From the human T2T-CHM13v2.0 reference genome, Homo sapiens, in NCBI GenBank assembly GCA_009914755.4, contig CP086569.2:61632001-61696000 (forward strand): a stretch of DNA of 64,000 nucleotides. Direction: 5' to 3'. The position numbers and the translations under genes were made by a program. The notes under the pieces were generated by a model. The model ran no database searches. It was not told where the DNA came from and worked only from the letters and a program-made list of their open reading frames with translations. Every line of letters starts with the position of its first letter. Within the stretch, counting starts at the first letter, position 1. This document shows, piece after piece, positions 28,525-42,694 of this stretch.

Positions 28525-31500
28525 ATGGATTGGAAAGGAATAGAATGGAATGGAATGGAATTGACTCAAATGGAATGGACTAGAATGGAATGGATTCGAA
28601 TGGAAGGCAAAGGAATGGAATCTATTGGAATGGACTGTAATGGAATGGAATGGAAGGGATTGGAATGGACTCGAATGGAATGGACTGCAATAGAAAGGAT
28701 TCGAATGGAATGAAAAAGAATTGAATGGAATAGAACAGAATGGAATCAAATCGAATGAAATGGAATGGAATAGAAAGGAATGGAATGAAATGGAATGGAA
28801 AGGATTCGAATGGAATGCAATCGAATGGAATGGAATCGAACGGAATGTAATAAAATGGAAGAAAACTGGCAAGAAATGGAATCGAAATGAATGGAGTGTT
28901 ATGGAACGGACTCAAAAGGAATTGAATGTAATAGAATGGAGTGGAGTGGACTCGAATATAATGGACTGGAATGGAATGAAATCACATGGAATGGGAACGA
29001 ATGGAATGGAATGGAAAGGAATGGAATGGAATGGAAAGGAATCGAATGGAAGGGAATGAAATTGAATCAACAGGAATGGAAGGGAGTAGAATAGACGGCA
29101 ATGGAATGGACTCGAATAGAATGCACACGAATGCTCAAATTGAATGGACTCGAATGGAATGGAAACGAAAGGAATGTCATCGAATGGAATTGAATCGATT
29201 GGAATGAAATCGCATAGAATGCAGTGGAATCAAATGGAATTGAATCGAAAGGAAAGGAAGCGAATGGACTGAAATGAAATGGAATGGAATTGAATGGAAA
29301 GTAATGCAATGGAATAGAATGGAACGAAATTTCACGGAATGGAATCAAACTGAATGGAATCAAATCAATGGAATATAATCAAATGGAATGGAAAGGAATT
29401 GAATGGAGTAGATTGGATTGGATGGGATTGGAATGAAATTTACTGGAAAGGACTCGAATTTCATGAAACGGAATGGAATGAATTGGAACGGAATGGACTC
29501 GAATGGAATGGAATGTCATGGAATGGCATCAAACGGAATGGCATCAAATGGGATGGAATCGAATGCAATGGAATGCTATGGAATGGAATGGAATGCATTG
29601 GAATGGAATGTCCTCTAATGGAATGGATTTGGGTGGAATGGAATCGAATATAATGGAGTCGAATGAAATGGAATTGAAAGGAATGGGATCGAATACAATG
29701 GAATATACTGGAATGTAACGTAATGAACTCGAATGTAATTAACTGGAATGGAATGTACATGAACGGAATGTAATCGAATGGAAAGTAATCCAATGGAATA
29801 GAATCTAATGCAATAAAATTGACTGTAATAGAATAGAATGTAATGGAATGGAGTGCAGTGCAATGGAATGGAATGGAATGGAATGCAATGGAATGGAATG
29901 GAATGGAATGGAATGCAATGGGATGGAATGGTATGGAATGGATAGTAATGGACTGGAGTGAAATGGACTGGAAAGGAATGGACTCAAATTGAAAGGGCTC
30001 GAAAGGAATGGAGTCAAATGGAATGATCTGGAATGGAATGAACACGAATGTAATGCAATCCAATAGAATGGAATCGAATGGCAAGGAATATAAAGAAATG
30101 GAATCGAAGAGAATGGAAACAAATGGAATGGAATTGAATGGAATGGAATTGAATGGAATGGGAACGAATGGAGTGAAATTGTATGCAGTAGAAGAGAATA
30201 GAATGGAATGCAAGCGAAAGGAAAGGAATGGATTGGAATGGAATGGAATTCATTGGAATGGAAGGGAATGTAGTGTAATGGACAGGCCTGGAATAAAGTG
30301 GAATGCTACGGTCTCGAATGGAATAAAAATGTATGGAATGGAATGCAATGAAACGGAATCGAATGTCATAGAATGTAATGGAATGCAAAAAAATGGACTC
30401 CAAAATCATTGACTGGAAAGGCTGGGTGTCGAAAGGAATTGACTCCAATGGAATGGAATCGAATGGAATGGAAGTGAATAGAATCGAACTAAATCGAATG
30501 GAATGGAATTGATAGGAACGGAATGGAAAGGAATGCAATGATTTGGCATGGAATGGAATCGAATGGCATCGAATGGAATGGAATGGAATGCAATGGAATG
30601 GAATGTATTAGAATGTAATGAACTTTAATGGAATGTACTCGAATGGATTCGACTGGAATGGAATGTTCTGGAAGTGAATGGACTCCAATGGAATGGATTC
30701 GAAAGGAATGGAATCGTACGGAATGGTATCCAATGGAATGGAATTAAATGGAAATGAATCAAATTGAATAGCACGGAATTGAATTGAATGGAATCGAATG
30801 CAATGGAATCTAATGAAACGGAAAGGAAAGGAATGGAATGGAATGGAATGGGCTGGAATGGAATGGAATCGAAACGAATGGAATGGAATCGAACTGAAGA
30901 GACTGGAATGGAATGCACTGGAATGGAAGGGAGTGTAATGGAAGGTTCTCGAAAAAATGGAATCGAATGGAATGGAATTGAATGGAACGGAATAGAGTCG
31001 AATGGAATTGAATGGAATGGAATGGACTAGAGTGAAATGGAATCGAACCACAAGGAATGGACAGGAATAGAATGGTCTCGAATTGAATGGAATCGTATGG
31101 AATGGCATCAAACGGAATGGAATGGACAGCCACGGAATGGAATGCACTCGAATGCAATGGAGTCGAAACTAATGGACTGGAATAGAATGGACTCGACTGG
31201 TACGGACTCCAATGGAATGGAATCGAATGCAAGGGAATCGAACGGAATGGACTCGAAGGGAAAAGACTGCAATGGAAAGGTCTCGAATGGAATGGAAATT
31301 AATGGAATGGAATGGAATCGAATGAAATGGAGTCAAAAGGAATGGAATCGAATGGCAAGAAATCGAATGTAATGGAATCGCAAGGAATTGATGTGAACGG
31401 AACGGAATGGAATGGAATCCAAAGGAATGGAATAGAATGGAATGGAATCGAATGGAAAGGACTCGAATGGAAATCACTCGAATAGAATGCAATTTAATAA

Positions 31501-32072
31501 AATAGGATCAAATGTAATGGAATGGAATGGAAAGGAATCGAAACGAAAGGAATGGAGACAGATGGAATGGAATGGAACAGAGAGCAATGGTATAGAATGG
31601 AATGGAATCATCTGGAATGGAATTGAATGGAATGGAATAACATGAAATGGAATGGAATGGAATGGAATGCCCTTGAATTAAATGGACTGGAATGGAATGG
31701 ACTCGAACAGAGTGGAATGGAAAGTGTTGAAATAGAATGGAATGGACTCCTTTGGAATGGTCTAGTATGCAATGCAATCGACTGGCAGGGAATCAAAAGG
31801 AATGTAATCGAATGGATTGGACTGGAATGCAATGGACTCGAATAGATTGGAAACGGAATGCAAAGGAATGGAATGGAATAGTATGGAATGGAATGGAAAG
31901 GAATGGAGTGGAATAGACTAGAGTGGAATGGAATGGACTCAAAAGCAATGGACTGGAATGGAACTTTCTTGAATGGACTGGAATCAAACGGAATGGAATG
32001 CAATGCAATCAAATGGCATGGAATAAAATAGAATGAAAGAGAATCAAACGGAATTGAATCGAATGGAATCGA
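28525..32072 (+). repeat. HSat3 HOR unit U9 (3548 bp)
   Basis: Anchor at 28525. The first part is b-type. A 1-bp contraction of an A7 run to A6 near 30,955 explains 3548 against 3549 and the aberrant ORFs at 30608-31232. Confidence 0.8.
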
Positions 32073-35000
32073 ATGGATTGGAAAGGAATAGAATGGAATG
32101 GAATGGAATTGACTCAAATGGAATGGACTAGAATGGAATGGATTCGAATGGAAGGCAAAGGAATGGAATCTATTGGAATGGACTGTAATGGAATGGAATG
32201 GAAGGGATTGGAATGGACTCGAATGGAATGGACTGCAATAGAAAGGATTCGAATGGAATGAAAAAGAATTGAATGGAATAGAACAGAATGGAATCAAATC
32301 GAATGAAATGGAATGGAATAGAAAGGAATGGAATGAAATGGAATGGAAAGGATTCGAATGGAATGCAATCGAATGGAATGGAATCGAACGGAATGTAATA
32401 AAATGGAAGAAAACTGGCAAGAAATGGAATCGAAATGAATGGAGTGTTATGGAACGGACTCAAAAGGAATTGAATGTAATAGAATGGAGTGGAGTGGACT
32501 CGAATATAATGGACTGGAATGGAATGAAATCACATGGAATGGGAACGAATGGAATGGAATGGAAAGGAATGGAATGGAATGGAAAGGAATCGAATGGAAG
32601 GGAATGAAATTGAATCAACAGGAATGGAAGGGAGTAGAATAGACGGTAATGGAATGGACTCGAATAGAATGCACACGAATGCTCAAATTGAATGGACTCG
32701 AATGGAATGGAAACGAAAGGAATGTCATCGAATGGAATTGAATCGATTGGAATGAAATCGCATAGAATGCAGTGGAATCAAATGGAATTGAATCGAAAGG
32801 AAAGGAAGGGAATGGACTGAAATGAAATGGAATGGAATTGAATGGAAAGTAATGCAATGGAATAGAATGGAACGAAATTTCACGGAATGGAATCAAACTG
32901 AATGGAATCAAATCAATGGAATATAATCAAATGGAATGGAAAGGAATTGAATGGAGTAGATTGGATTGGATGGGATTGGAATGAAATTTACTGGAAAGGA
33001 CTCGAATTTCATGAAACGGAATGGAATGAATTGGAACGGAATGGACTCGAATGGAATGGAATGTCATGGAATGGCATCAAACGGAATGCCATCAAATGGA
33101 ATGGAATCGAATGCAATGGAATGCTATGGAATGGAATGGAATGCATTGGAATGGAATGTCCTCTAACGGAATGGATTCGGGTGGAATGGAATCGAATATA
33201 ATGGAGTCGAATGAAATGGAATTGAAAGGAATGGGATCGAATACAATGGAACATACTGGAATGTAACGTAATGAACTCGAATGTAATTGACTGGAATGGA
33301 ATGTACATGAATGGAATGTAATCGAATGGAAAGTAATCCAATGGAATAGAATCTAATGCAATAAAATCGACTGTAATAGAATAGAATGTAATGGAATGGA
33401 GAGCAGTGCAATGGAATGGAATGGAACGGAATGCAATGGAATGGAATGGAATGGAATGGAATGCAATGGGATGGAATGGTATGGAATGGATAGTAATGGA
33501 CTGGAGTGAAATGGACTGGAAAGGAATGGACTCAAATTGAAAGGGCTCGAAAGGAATGGAGTCAAATGGAATGGTCTGGAATGGAATGAACACGAATGTA
33601 ATGCAATCCAATAGAATGGAATCGAATGGCATGGAATATAAAGAAATGGAATCGAAGAGAATGGAAACAAATGGAATGGAATTGAATGGAATGGGAACGA
33701 ATGGAGTGAAATTGTATGCAGTAGAAGAGAATAGAATGGAATGCAAGCGAAAGGAAAGGAATGGATTGGAATGGAATGGAATTCATTGGAATGGAAGGGA
33801 ATGTAGTGTAATGGACAGGCCTGGAATAAAGTGGAATGCTACGGTCTCGAATGGAATAAAAATGTATGGAATGGAATGCAATGAAACGGAATCGAATGTC
33901 ATAGAATGTAATGGAATGCAAAAAAATGGACACCAAAATCATTGACTGGAAAGGCTGGGTGTCGAAAGGAATTGACTCCAATGGAATGGAATCGAATGGA
34001 ATGGAAGTGAATAGAATCGAACTAAATCGAATGGAATGGAATTGATAGGAACGGAATAGAAAGGAATGCAATGATTTGGCATGGAATGGAATCGAATGGC
34101 ATCGAATGGAATGGAATGGAATGCAATGGAATGGAATGTATTAGAATGTAATGAACTTTAATGGAATGTACTCGAATGGATTCGACTGGAATGGAATGTT
34201 CTGGAAGTGAATGGACTCCAATGGAATGGATTCGAAAGGAATGGAATCGTACGGAATGGTAACCAATGGAATGGAATTAAATGGAAATGAATCAAATTGA
34301 ATAGAACGGAATTGAATTGAATGGAATCGAATGCAATGGAATCTAATGAAACGGAAAGGAAAGGAATGGAATGGAATGGAATGGGCTGGAATGGAATGGA
34401 ATCGAAACGAATGGAATGGAATCGAACTGAAGAGACTGGAATGGAATGCACTGGAATGGAAGGGAGTGTAATGGAAGGTTCTCGAAAAAAATGGAAACGA
34501 ATGGAATGGAATTGAATGGAACGGAATAGAGTCGAATGGAATTGAATGGAATGGAATGGACTAGAGTGAAATGGAATCGAACCACAAGGAATGGACAGGA
34601 ATAGAATGGTCTCGAATTGAATGGAATCGTATGGAATGGCATCAAACGGAATGGAATGGACAGCCACGGAATGGAATGTACTCGAATGCAATGGAGTCGA
34701 AACTAATGGACTGGAATAGAATGGACTCGACTGGTACGGACTCCAATGGAATGGAATCGAATGGAAGGGAATCGAACGGAATGGACTCGAAGGGAAAAGA
34801 CTGCAATGGAAAGGTCTCGAATGGAATGGAAATTAATGGAATGGAATGGAATCGAATGAAATGGAGTCAAAAGGAATGGAATCGAATGGCAAGAAATCGA
34901 ATGTAATGGAATCGCAAGGAATTGATGTGAACGGAACGGAATGGAATGGAATCCAAAGGAATGGAATAGAATGGAATGGAATCGAATGGAAAGGACTCGA

Positions 35001-35596
35001 ATGGAAATCACTCGAATAGAATGCAATTTAATAAAATAGGATCAAATGTAATGGAATGGAATGGAAAGGAATCGAAACGAAAGGAATGGAGACAGATGGA
35101 ATGGAATGGAACAGAGAGCAATGGTATAGAATGGAATGGAATCATCTGGAATGGAATTGAATGGAATGGAATAACATGAAATGGAATGGAATGCCCTTGA
35201 ATTAAATGGACTGGAATGGAGTGGACTCGAACAGAGTGGAATGGAAAGTGTTGAAATAGAATGGAATGGACTCCTTTGGAATGGTCTAGTATGCAATGCA
35301 ATCGACTGGCAGGGAATCAAAAGGAATGTAATCGAATGGATTGGACTGGAATGCAATGGACTCGAATAGATTGGAAACGGAATGCAAAGGAATGGAATGG
35401 AATAGTATGGAATGGAATGGAAAGGAATGGAGTGGAATAGACTAGAGTGGAATGGAATGGACTCAAAAGCAATGGACTGGAATGGAACTTTCTTGAATGG
35501 ACTGGAATCAAACGGAATGGAATGCAATGCAATCAAATGGCATGGAATAAAATAGAATGAAAGAGAATCAAACGGAATTGAATCGAATGGAATCGA
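32073..35596 (+). repeat. HSat3 HOR unit U10 (3524 bp; -15 and -10 bp variants)
   Basis: Anchor at 32073. It has the same 15-bp deletion as U7 (near 33,685), the same 'ggtaaccaatgg' and 'atggaaacgaatgg', and the 10-bp contraction near 35,181. Its first ~1.3 kb carries 'ggaatgccatcaaatgg' and PSFPFDS variants shared with U13. Confidence 0.8.
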
Positions 35597-38500
35597 ATGG
35601 ATTGGAAAGGAATAGAATGGAATGGAATGGAATTGACTCAAATGGAATGGACTAGAATGGAATGGATTCGAATGGAAGGCAAAGGAATGGAATCTATTGG
35701 AATGGACTGTAATGGAATGGAATGGAAGGGATTGGAATGGACTCGAATGGAATGGACTGCAATAGAAAGGATTCGAATGGAATGAAAAAGAATTGAATGG
35801 AATAGAACTGAATGGAATCAAATCGAATGAAATGGAATGGAATAGAAAGGAATGGAATGAAATGGAATGGAAAGGATTCGAATGGAATGCAATCGAATGG
35901 AATGGAATCGAACAGAATGTAATAAAATGGAAGAAAACTGGCAAGAAATGGAATCGAAATGAATGGAGTGTTATGGAACGGACTCAAAAGGAATTGAATG
36001 TAATAGAATGGAGTGGAGTGGACTCGAATATAATGGACTGGAATGGAATGAAATCACATGGAATGGGAACGAATGGAATGGAATGGAAAGGAATGGAATC
36101 AAATGGAAAGGAATCGAATGGAAGGGAATGAAATTGAATCAACAGGAATGGAAGGGAATAGAATAGACGGTAATGGAATGGACTCGAATAGAATGCACAC
36201 GAATGCTCAAATTGAATGGACTCGAATGGAATGGAAACGAAAGGAATGTCATCGAATGGAATTGAATCGATTGGAATGAAATCGCATAGAATGCAGTGGA
36301 ATCAAATGGAATTGAATCGAAAGGAAAGGAAGCGAATGGACTGAAATGAAATGGAATGGAATTGAATGGAAAGTAATGCAATGGAATAGAATGGAACGAA
36401 ATTTCACGGAATGGAATCAAACTGAATGGAATCAAATCAATGGAATATAATCAAATGGAATGGAAAGGAATTGAATGGAGTAGATTGGATTGGATGGGAT
36501 TGGAATGAAATTTACTGGAAAGGACTCGAATTTCATGAAACGGAATGGAATGAATTGGAACGGAATGGACTCGAATGGAATGGAATGTCATGGAATGGCA
36601 TCAAACGGAATGGCATCAAATGGGATGGAATCGAATGCAATGGAATGCTATGGAATGGAATGGAATGCATTGGAATGGAATGTCCTCTAATGGAATGGAT
36701 TCGGGTGGAATGGAATCGAATATAATGGAGTCGAATGAAATGGAATTGAAAGGAATGGGATCGAATACAATGGAATATACTGGAATGTAACGTAATGAAC
36801 TCGAATGTAATTAACTGGAATGGAATGTACATGAACGGAATGTAATGGAATGGAAAGTAATCCAATGGAATAGAATCTAATGCAATAAAATTGACTGTAA
36901 TAGAATAGAATGTAATGGAATGGAGTGCAGTGCAATGGAATGGAATGGAATGGAATGCAATGGAATGGAATGGAATGGAATGGAATGCAATGGGATGGAA
37001 TGGTATGGAATGGATAGTAATGGACTGGAGTGAAATGGACTGGAAAGGAATGGACTCAAATTGAAAGGGCTCGAAAGGAATGGAGTCAAATGGAATGGTC
37101 TGGAATGGAATGAACACGAATGTAATGCAATCCAATAGAATGGAATCGAATGGCAAGGAATATAAAGAAATGGAATCGAAGAGAATGGAAACAAATGGAA
37201 TGGAATTGAATGGAATGGAATTGAATGGAATGGGAACGAATGGAGTGAAATTGTATGCAGTAGAAGAGAATAGAATGGAATGCAAGCGAAAGGAAAGGAA
37301 TGGATTGGAATGGAATGGAATTCATTGGAATGGAAGGGAATGTAGTGTAATGGACAGGCCTGGAATAAAGTGGAATGCTACGGTCTCGAATGGAATAAAA
37401 ATGTATGGAATGGAATGCAATGAAACGGAATCGAATGTCATAGAATGTAATGGAATGCAAAAAAATGGACTCCAAAATCATTGACTGGAAAGGCTGGGTG
37501 TCGAAAGGAATTGACTCCAATGGAATGGAATCGAATGGAATGGAAGTGAATAGAATCGAACTAAATCGAATGGAATGGAATTGATAGGAACGGAATGGAA
37601 AGGAATGCAATGATTTGGCATGGAATGGAATCGAATGGCATAGAATGGAATGGAATGGAATGCAATGGAATGGAATGTATTAGAATGTAATGAACTTTAA
37701 TGGAATGTACTCGAATGGATTCGACTGGAATGGAATGTTCTGGAAGTGAATGGACTCCAATGGAATGGATTCGAAAGGAATGGAATCGTACGGAATGGTA
37801 TCCAATGGAATGGAATTAAATGGAAATGAATCAAATTGAATAGCACGGAATTGAATTGAATGGAATCGAATGCAATGGAATCTAATGAAACGGAAAGGAA
37901 AGGAATGGAATGGAATGGAATGGGCTGGAATGGAATGGAATCGAAACGAATGGAATGGAATCGAACTGAAGAGACTGGAATGGAATGCACTGGAATGGAA
38001 GGGAGTGTAATGGAAGGTTCTCGAAAAAAATGGAATCGAATGGAATGGAATTGAATGGAACGGAATAGAGTCGAATGGAATTGAATGGAATGGAATGGAC
38101 TAGAGTGAAATGGAATCGAACCACAAGGAATGGACAGGAATAGAATGGTCTCGAATTGAATGGAATCGTATGGAATGGCATCAAACGGAATGGAATGGAC
38201 AGCCACGGAATGGAATGCACTCGAATGCAATGGAGTCGAAACTAATGGACTGGAATAGAATGGACTCGACTGGTACGGACTCCAATGGAATGGAATCGAA
38301 TGCAAGGGAATCGAACGGAATGGACTCGAAGGGAAAAGACTGCAATGGAAAGGTCTCGAATGGAATGGAAATTAATGGAATGGAATGGAATCGAATGAAA
38401 TGGAGTCAAAAGGAAGGGAATCGAATGGCAAGAAATCGAATGTAATGGAATCGCAAGGAATTGATGTGAAAGGAACGGAATGGAATGGAATCCAAAGGAA

Positions 38501-39145
38501 TGGAATAGAATGGAATGGAATCGAATGGAAAGGACTCGAATGGAAATCACTCGAATAGAATGCAATTTAATAAAATAGGATCAAATGTAATGGAATGGAA
38601 TGCAAAGGAATCGAAACGAAAGGAATGGAGACAGATGGAATGGAATGGAACAGAGAGCAATGGTATAGAATGGAATGGAATCATCTGGAATGGAATTGAA
38701 TGGAATGGAATAACATGAAATGGAATGGAATGGAATGGAATGCCCTTGAATTAAATGGACTGGAATGGAATGGACTCGAACAGAGTGGAATGGAAAGTGT
38801 TGAAATAGAATGGAATGGACTCCTTTGGAATGGTCTAGTATGCAATGCAATCGACTGGCAGGGAATCAAAAGGAATGTAATCGAATGGATTGGACTGGAA
38901 TGCAATGGACTCGAATAGATTGGAAACGGAATGCAAAGGAATGGAATGGAATAGTATGGAATGGAATGGAAAGGAATGGAGTGGAATAGACTACAGTGGA
39001 ATGGAATGGACTCAAAAGCAATGGACTGGAATGGAACTTTCTTGAATGGACTGGAATCAAACGGAATGGAATGCAATGCAATCAAATGGCATGGAATAAA
39101 ATAGAATGAAAGAGAATCAAACGGAATTGAATCGAATGGAATCGA
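35597..39145 (+). repeat. HSat3 HOR unit U11 (3549 bp)
   Basis: Anchor at 35597. It shares the IEQNVIK, YYIL and FPFHY variants with U8. Confidence 0.8.
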
Positions 39146-42100
39146 ATGGATTGGAAAGGAATAGAATGGAATGGAATGGAATTGACTCAAATGGAATGGA
39201 CTAGAATGGAATGGATTCGAATGGAAGGCAAAGGAATGGAATCTATTGGAATGGACTGTAATGGAATGGAATGGAAGGGATTGGAATGGACTCGAATGGA
39301 ATGGACTGCAATAGAAAGGATTCGAATGGAATGAAAAAGAATTGAATGGAATAGAACAGAATGGAATCAAATCGAATGAAATGGAATGGAATAGAAAGGA
39401 ATGGAATGAAATGGAATGGAAAGGATTCGAATGGAATGCAATCGAATGGAATGGAATCGAACGGAATGTAATAAAATGGAAGAAAACTGGCAAGAAATGG
39501 AATCGAAATGAATGGAGTGTTATGGAACGGACTCAAAAGGAATTGAATGTAATAGAATGGAGTGGAGTGGACTCGAATATAATGGACTGGAATGGAATGA
39601 AATCACATGGAATGGGAACGAATGGAATGGAATGGAAAGGAATGGAATGGAATGGAAAGGAATCGAATGGAAGGGAATGAAATTGAATCAACAGGAATGG
39701 AAGGGAGTAGAATAGACGGTAATGGAATGGACTCGAATAGAATGCACACGAATGCTCAAATTGAATGGACTCGAATGGAATGGAAACGAAAGGAATGTCA
39801 TCGAATGGAATTGAATCGATTGGAATGAAATCGCATAGAATGCAGTGGAATCAAATGGAATTGAATCGAAAGGAAAGGAAGCGAATGGACTGAAATGAAA
39901 TGGAATGGAATTGAATGGAAAGTAATGCAATGGAATAGAATGGAACGAAATTTCACGGAATGGAATCAAACTGAATGGAATCAAATCAATGGAATATAAT
40001 CAAATGGAATGGAAAGGAATTGAATGGAGTAGATTGGATTGGATGGGATTGGAATGAAATTTACTGGAAAGGACTCGAATTTCATGAAACGGAATGGAAT
40101 GAATTGGAACGGAATGGACTCGAATGGAATGGAATGTCATGGAATGGCATCAAACGGAATGGCATCAAATGGGATGCAATCGAATGCAATGGAATGCTAT
40201 GGAATGGAATGGAATGCATTGGAATGGAATGTCCTCTAATGGAATGGATTCGGGTGGAATGGAATCGAATATAATGGAGTCGAATGAAATGGAATTGAAA
40301 GGAATGGGATCGAATACAATGGAATATACTGGAATGTAACGTAATGAACTCGAATGTAATTAACTGGAATGGAATGTACATGAACGGAATGTAATCGAAT
40401 GGAAAGTAATCCAATGGAATAGAATCTAATGCAATAAAATTGACTGTAATAGAATAGAATGTAATGGAATGGAGTGCAGTGCAATGGAATGGAATGGAAT
40501 GGAATGCAATGGAATGGAATGGAATGGAATGGAATGCAATGGGATGGAATGGTATGGAATGGATAGTAATGGACTGGAGTGAAATGGACTGGAAAGGAAT
40601 GGACTCAAATTGAAAGGGCTCGAAAGGAATGGAGTCAAATGGAATGGTCTGGAATGGAATGAACACGAATGTAATGCAATCCAATAGAATGGAATCGAAT
40701 GGCAAGGAATATAAAGAAATGGAATCGAAGAGAATGGAAACAAATGGAATGGAATTGAATGGAATGGAATTGAATGGAATGGGAACGAATGGAGTGAAAT
40801 TGTATGCAGTAGAAGAGAATAGAATGGAATGCAAGCGAAAGGAAAGGAATGGATTGGAATGGAATGGAATTCATTGGAATGGAAGGGAATGTAGTGTAAT
40901 GGACAGGCCTGGAATAAAGTGGAATGCTACGGTCTCGAATGGAATAAAAATGTATGGAATGGAATGCAATGAAACGGAATCGAATGTCATAGAATGTAAT
41001 GGAATGCAAAAAAATGGACTCCAAAATCATTGACTGGAAAGGCTGGGTGTCGAAAGGAATTGACTCCAATGGAATGGAATCGAATGGAATGGAAGTGAAT
41101 AGAATCGAACTAAATCGAATGGAATGGAATTGATAGGAACGGAATGGAAAGGAATGCAATGATTTGGCATGGAATGGAATCGAATGGCATCGAATGGAAT
41201 GGAATGGAATGCAATGGAATGGAATGTATTAGAATGTAATGAACTTTAATGGAATGTACTCGAATGGATTCGACTGGAATGGAATGTTCTGGAAGTGAAT
41301 GGACTCCAATGGAATGGATTCGAAAGGAATGGAATCGTACGGAATGGTATCCAATGGAATGGAATTAAATGGAAATGAATCAAATTGAATAGCACGGAAT
41401 TGAATTGAATGGAATCGAATGCAATGGAATCTAATGAAACGGAAAGGAAAGGAATGGAATGGAATGGAATGGGCTGGAATGGAATGGAATCGAAACGAAT
41501 GGAATGGAATCGAACTGAAGAGACTGGAATGGAATGCACTGGAATGGAAGGGAGTGTAATGGAAGGTTCTCGAAAAAAATGGAATCGAATGGAATGGAAT
41601 TGAATGGAACGGAATAGAGTCGAATGGAATTGAATGGAATGGAATGGACTAGAGTGAAATGGAATCGAACCACAAGGAATGGACAGGAATAGAATGGTCT
41701 CGAATTGAATGGAATCGTATGGAATGGCATCAAACGGAATGGAATGGACAGCCACGGAATGGAATGCACTCGAATGCAATGGAGTCGAAACTAATGGACT
41801 GGAATAGAATGGACTCGACTGGTACGGACTCCAATGGAATGGAATCGAATGCAAGGGAATCGAACGGAATGGACTCGAAGGGAAAAGACTGCAATGGAAA
41901 GGTCTCGAATGGAATGGAAATTAATGGAATGGAATGGAATCGAATGAAATGGAGTCAAAAGGAATGGAATCGAATGGCAAGAAATCGAATGTAATGGAAT
42001 CGCAAGGAATTGATGTGAACGGAACGGAATGGAATGGAATCCAAAGGAATGGAATAGAATGGAATGGAATCGAATGGAAAGGACTCGAATGGAAATCACT

Positions 42101-42694
42101 CGAATAGAATGCAATTTAATAAAATAGGATCAAATGTAATGGAATGGAATGGAAAGGAATCGAAACGAAAGGAATGGAGACAGATGGAATGGAATGGAAC
42201 AGAGAACAATGGTATAGAATGGAATGGAATCATCTGGAATGGAATTGAATGGAATGGAATAACATGAAATGGAATGGAATGGAATGGAATGCCCTTGAAT
42301 TAAATGGACTGGAATGGAATGGACTCGAACAGAGTGGAAAGGAAAGTGTTGAAATAGAATGGAATGGACTCCTTTGGAATGGTCTAGTATGCAATGCAAT
42401 CGACTGGCAGGGAATCAAAAGGAATGTAATCGAATGGATTGGACTGGAATGCAATGGACTCGAATAGATTGGAAACGGAATGCAAAGGAATGGAATGGAA
42501 TAGTATGGAATGGAATGGAAAGGAATGGAGTGGAATAGACTAGAGTGGAATGGAATGGACTCAAAAGCAATGGACTGGAATGGAACTTTCTTGAATGGAC
42601 TGGAATCAAACGGAATGGAATGCAATGCAATCAAATGGCATGGAATAAAATAGAATGAAAGAGAATCAAACGGAATTGAATCGAATGGAATCGA
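39146..42694 (+). repeat. HSat3 HOR unit U12 (3549 bp)
   Basis: Anchor at 39146. Its first part is b-type, like U9. Confidence 0.8.
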
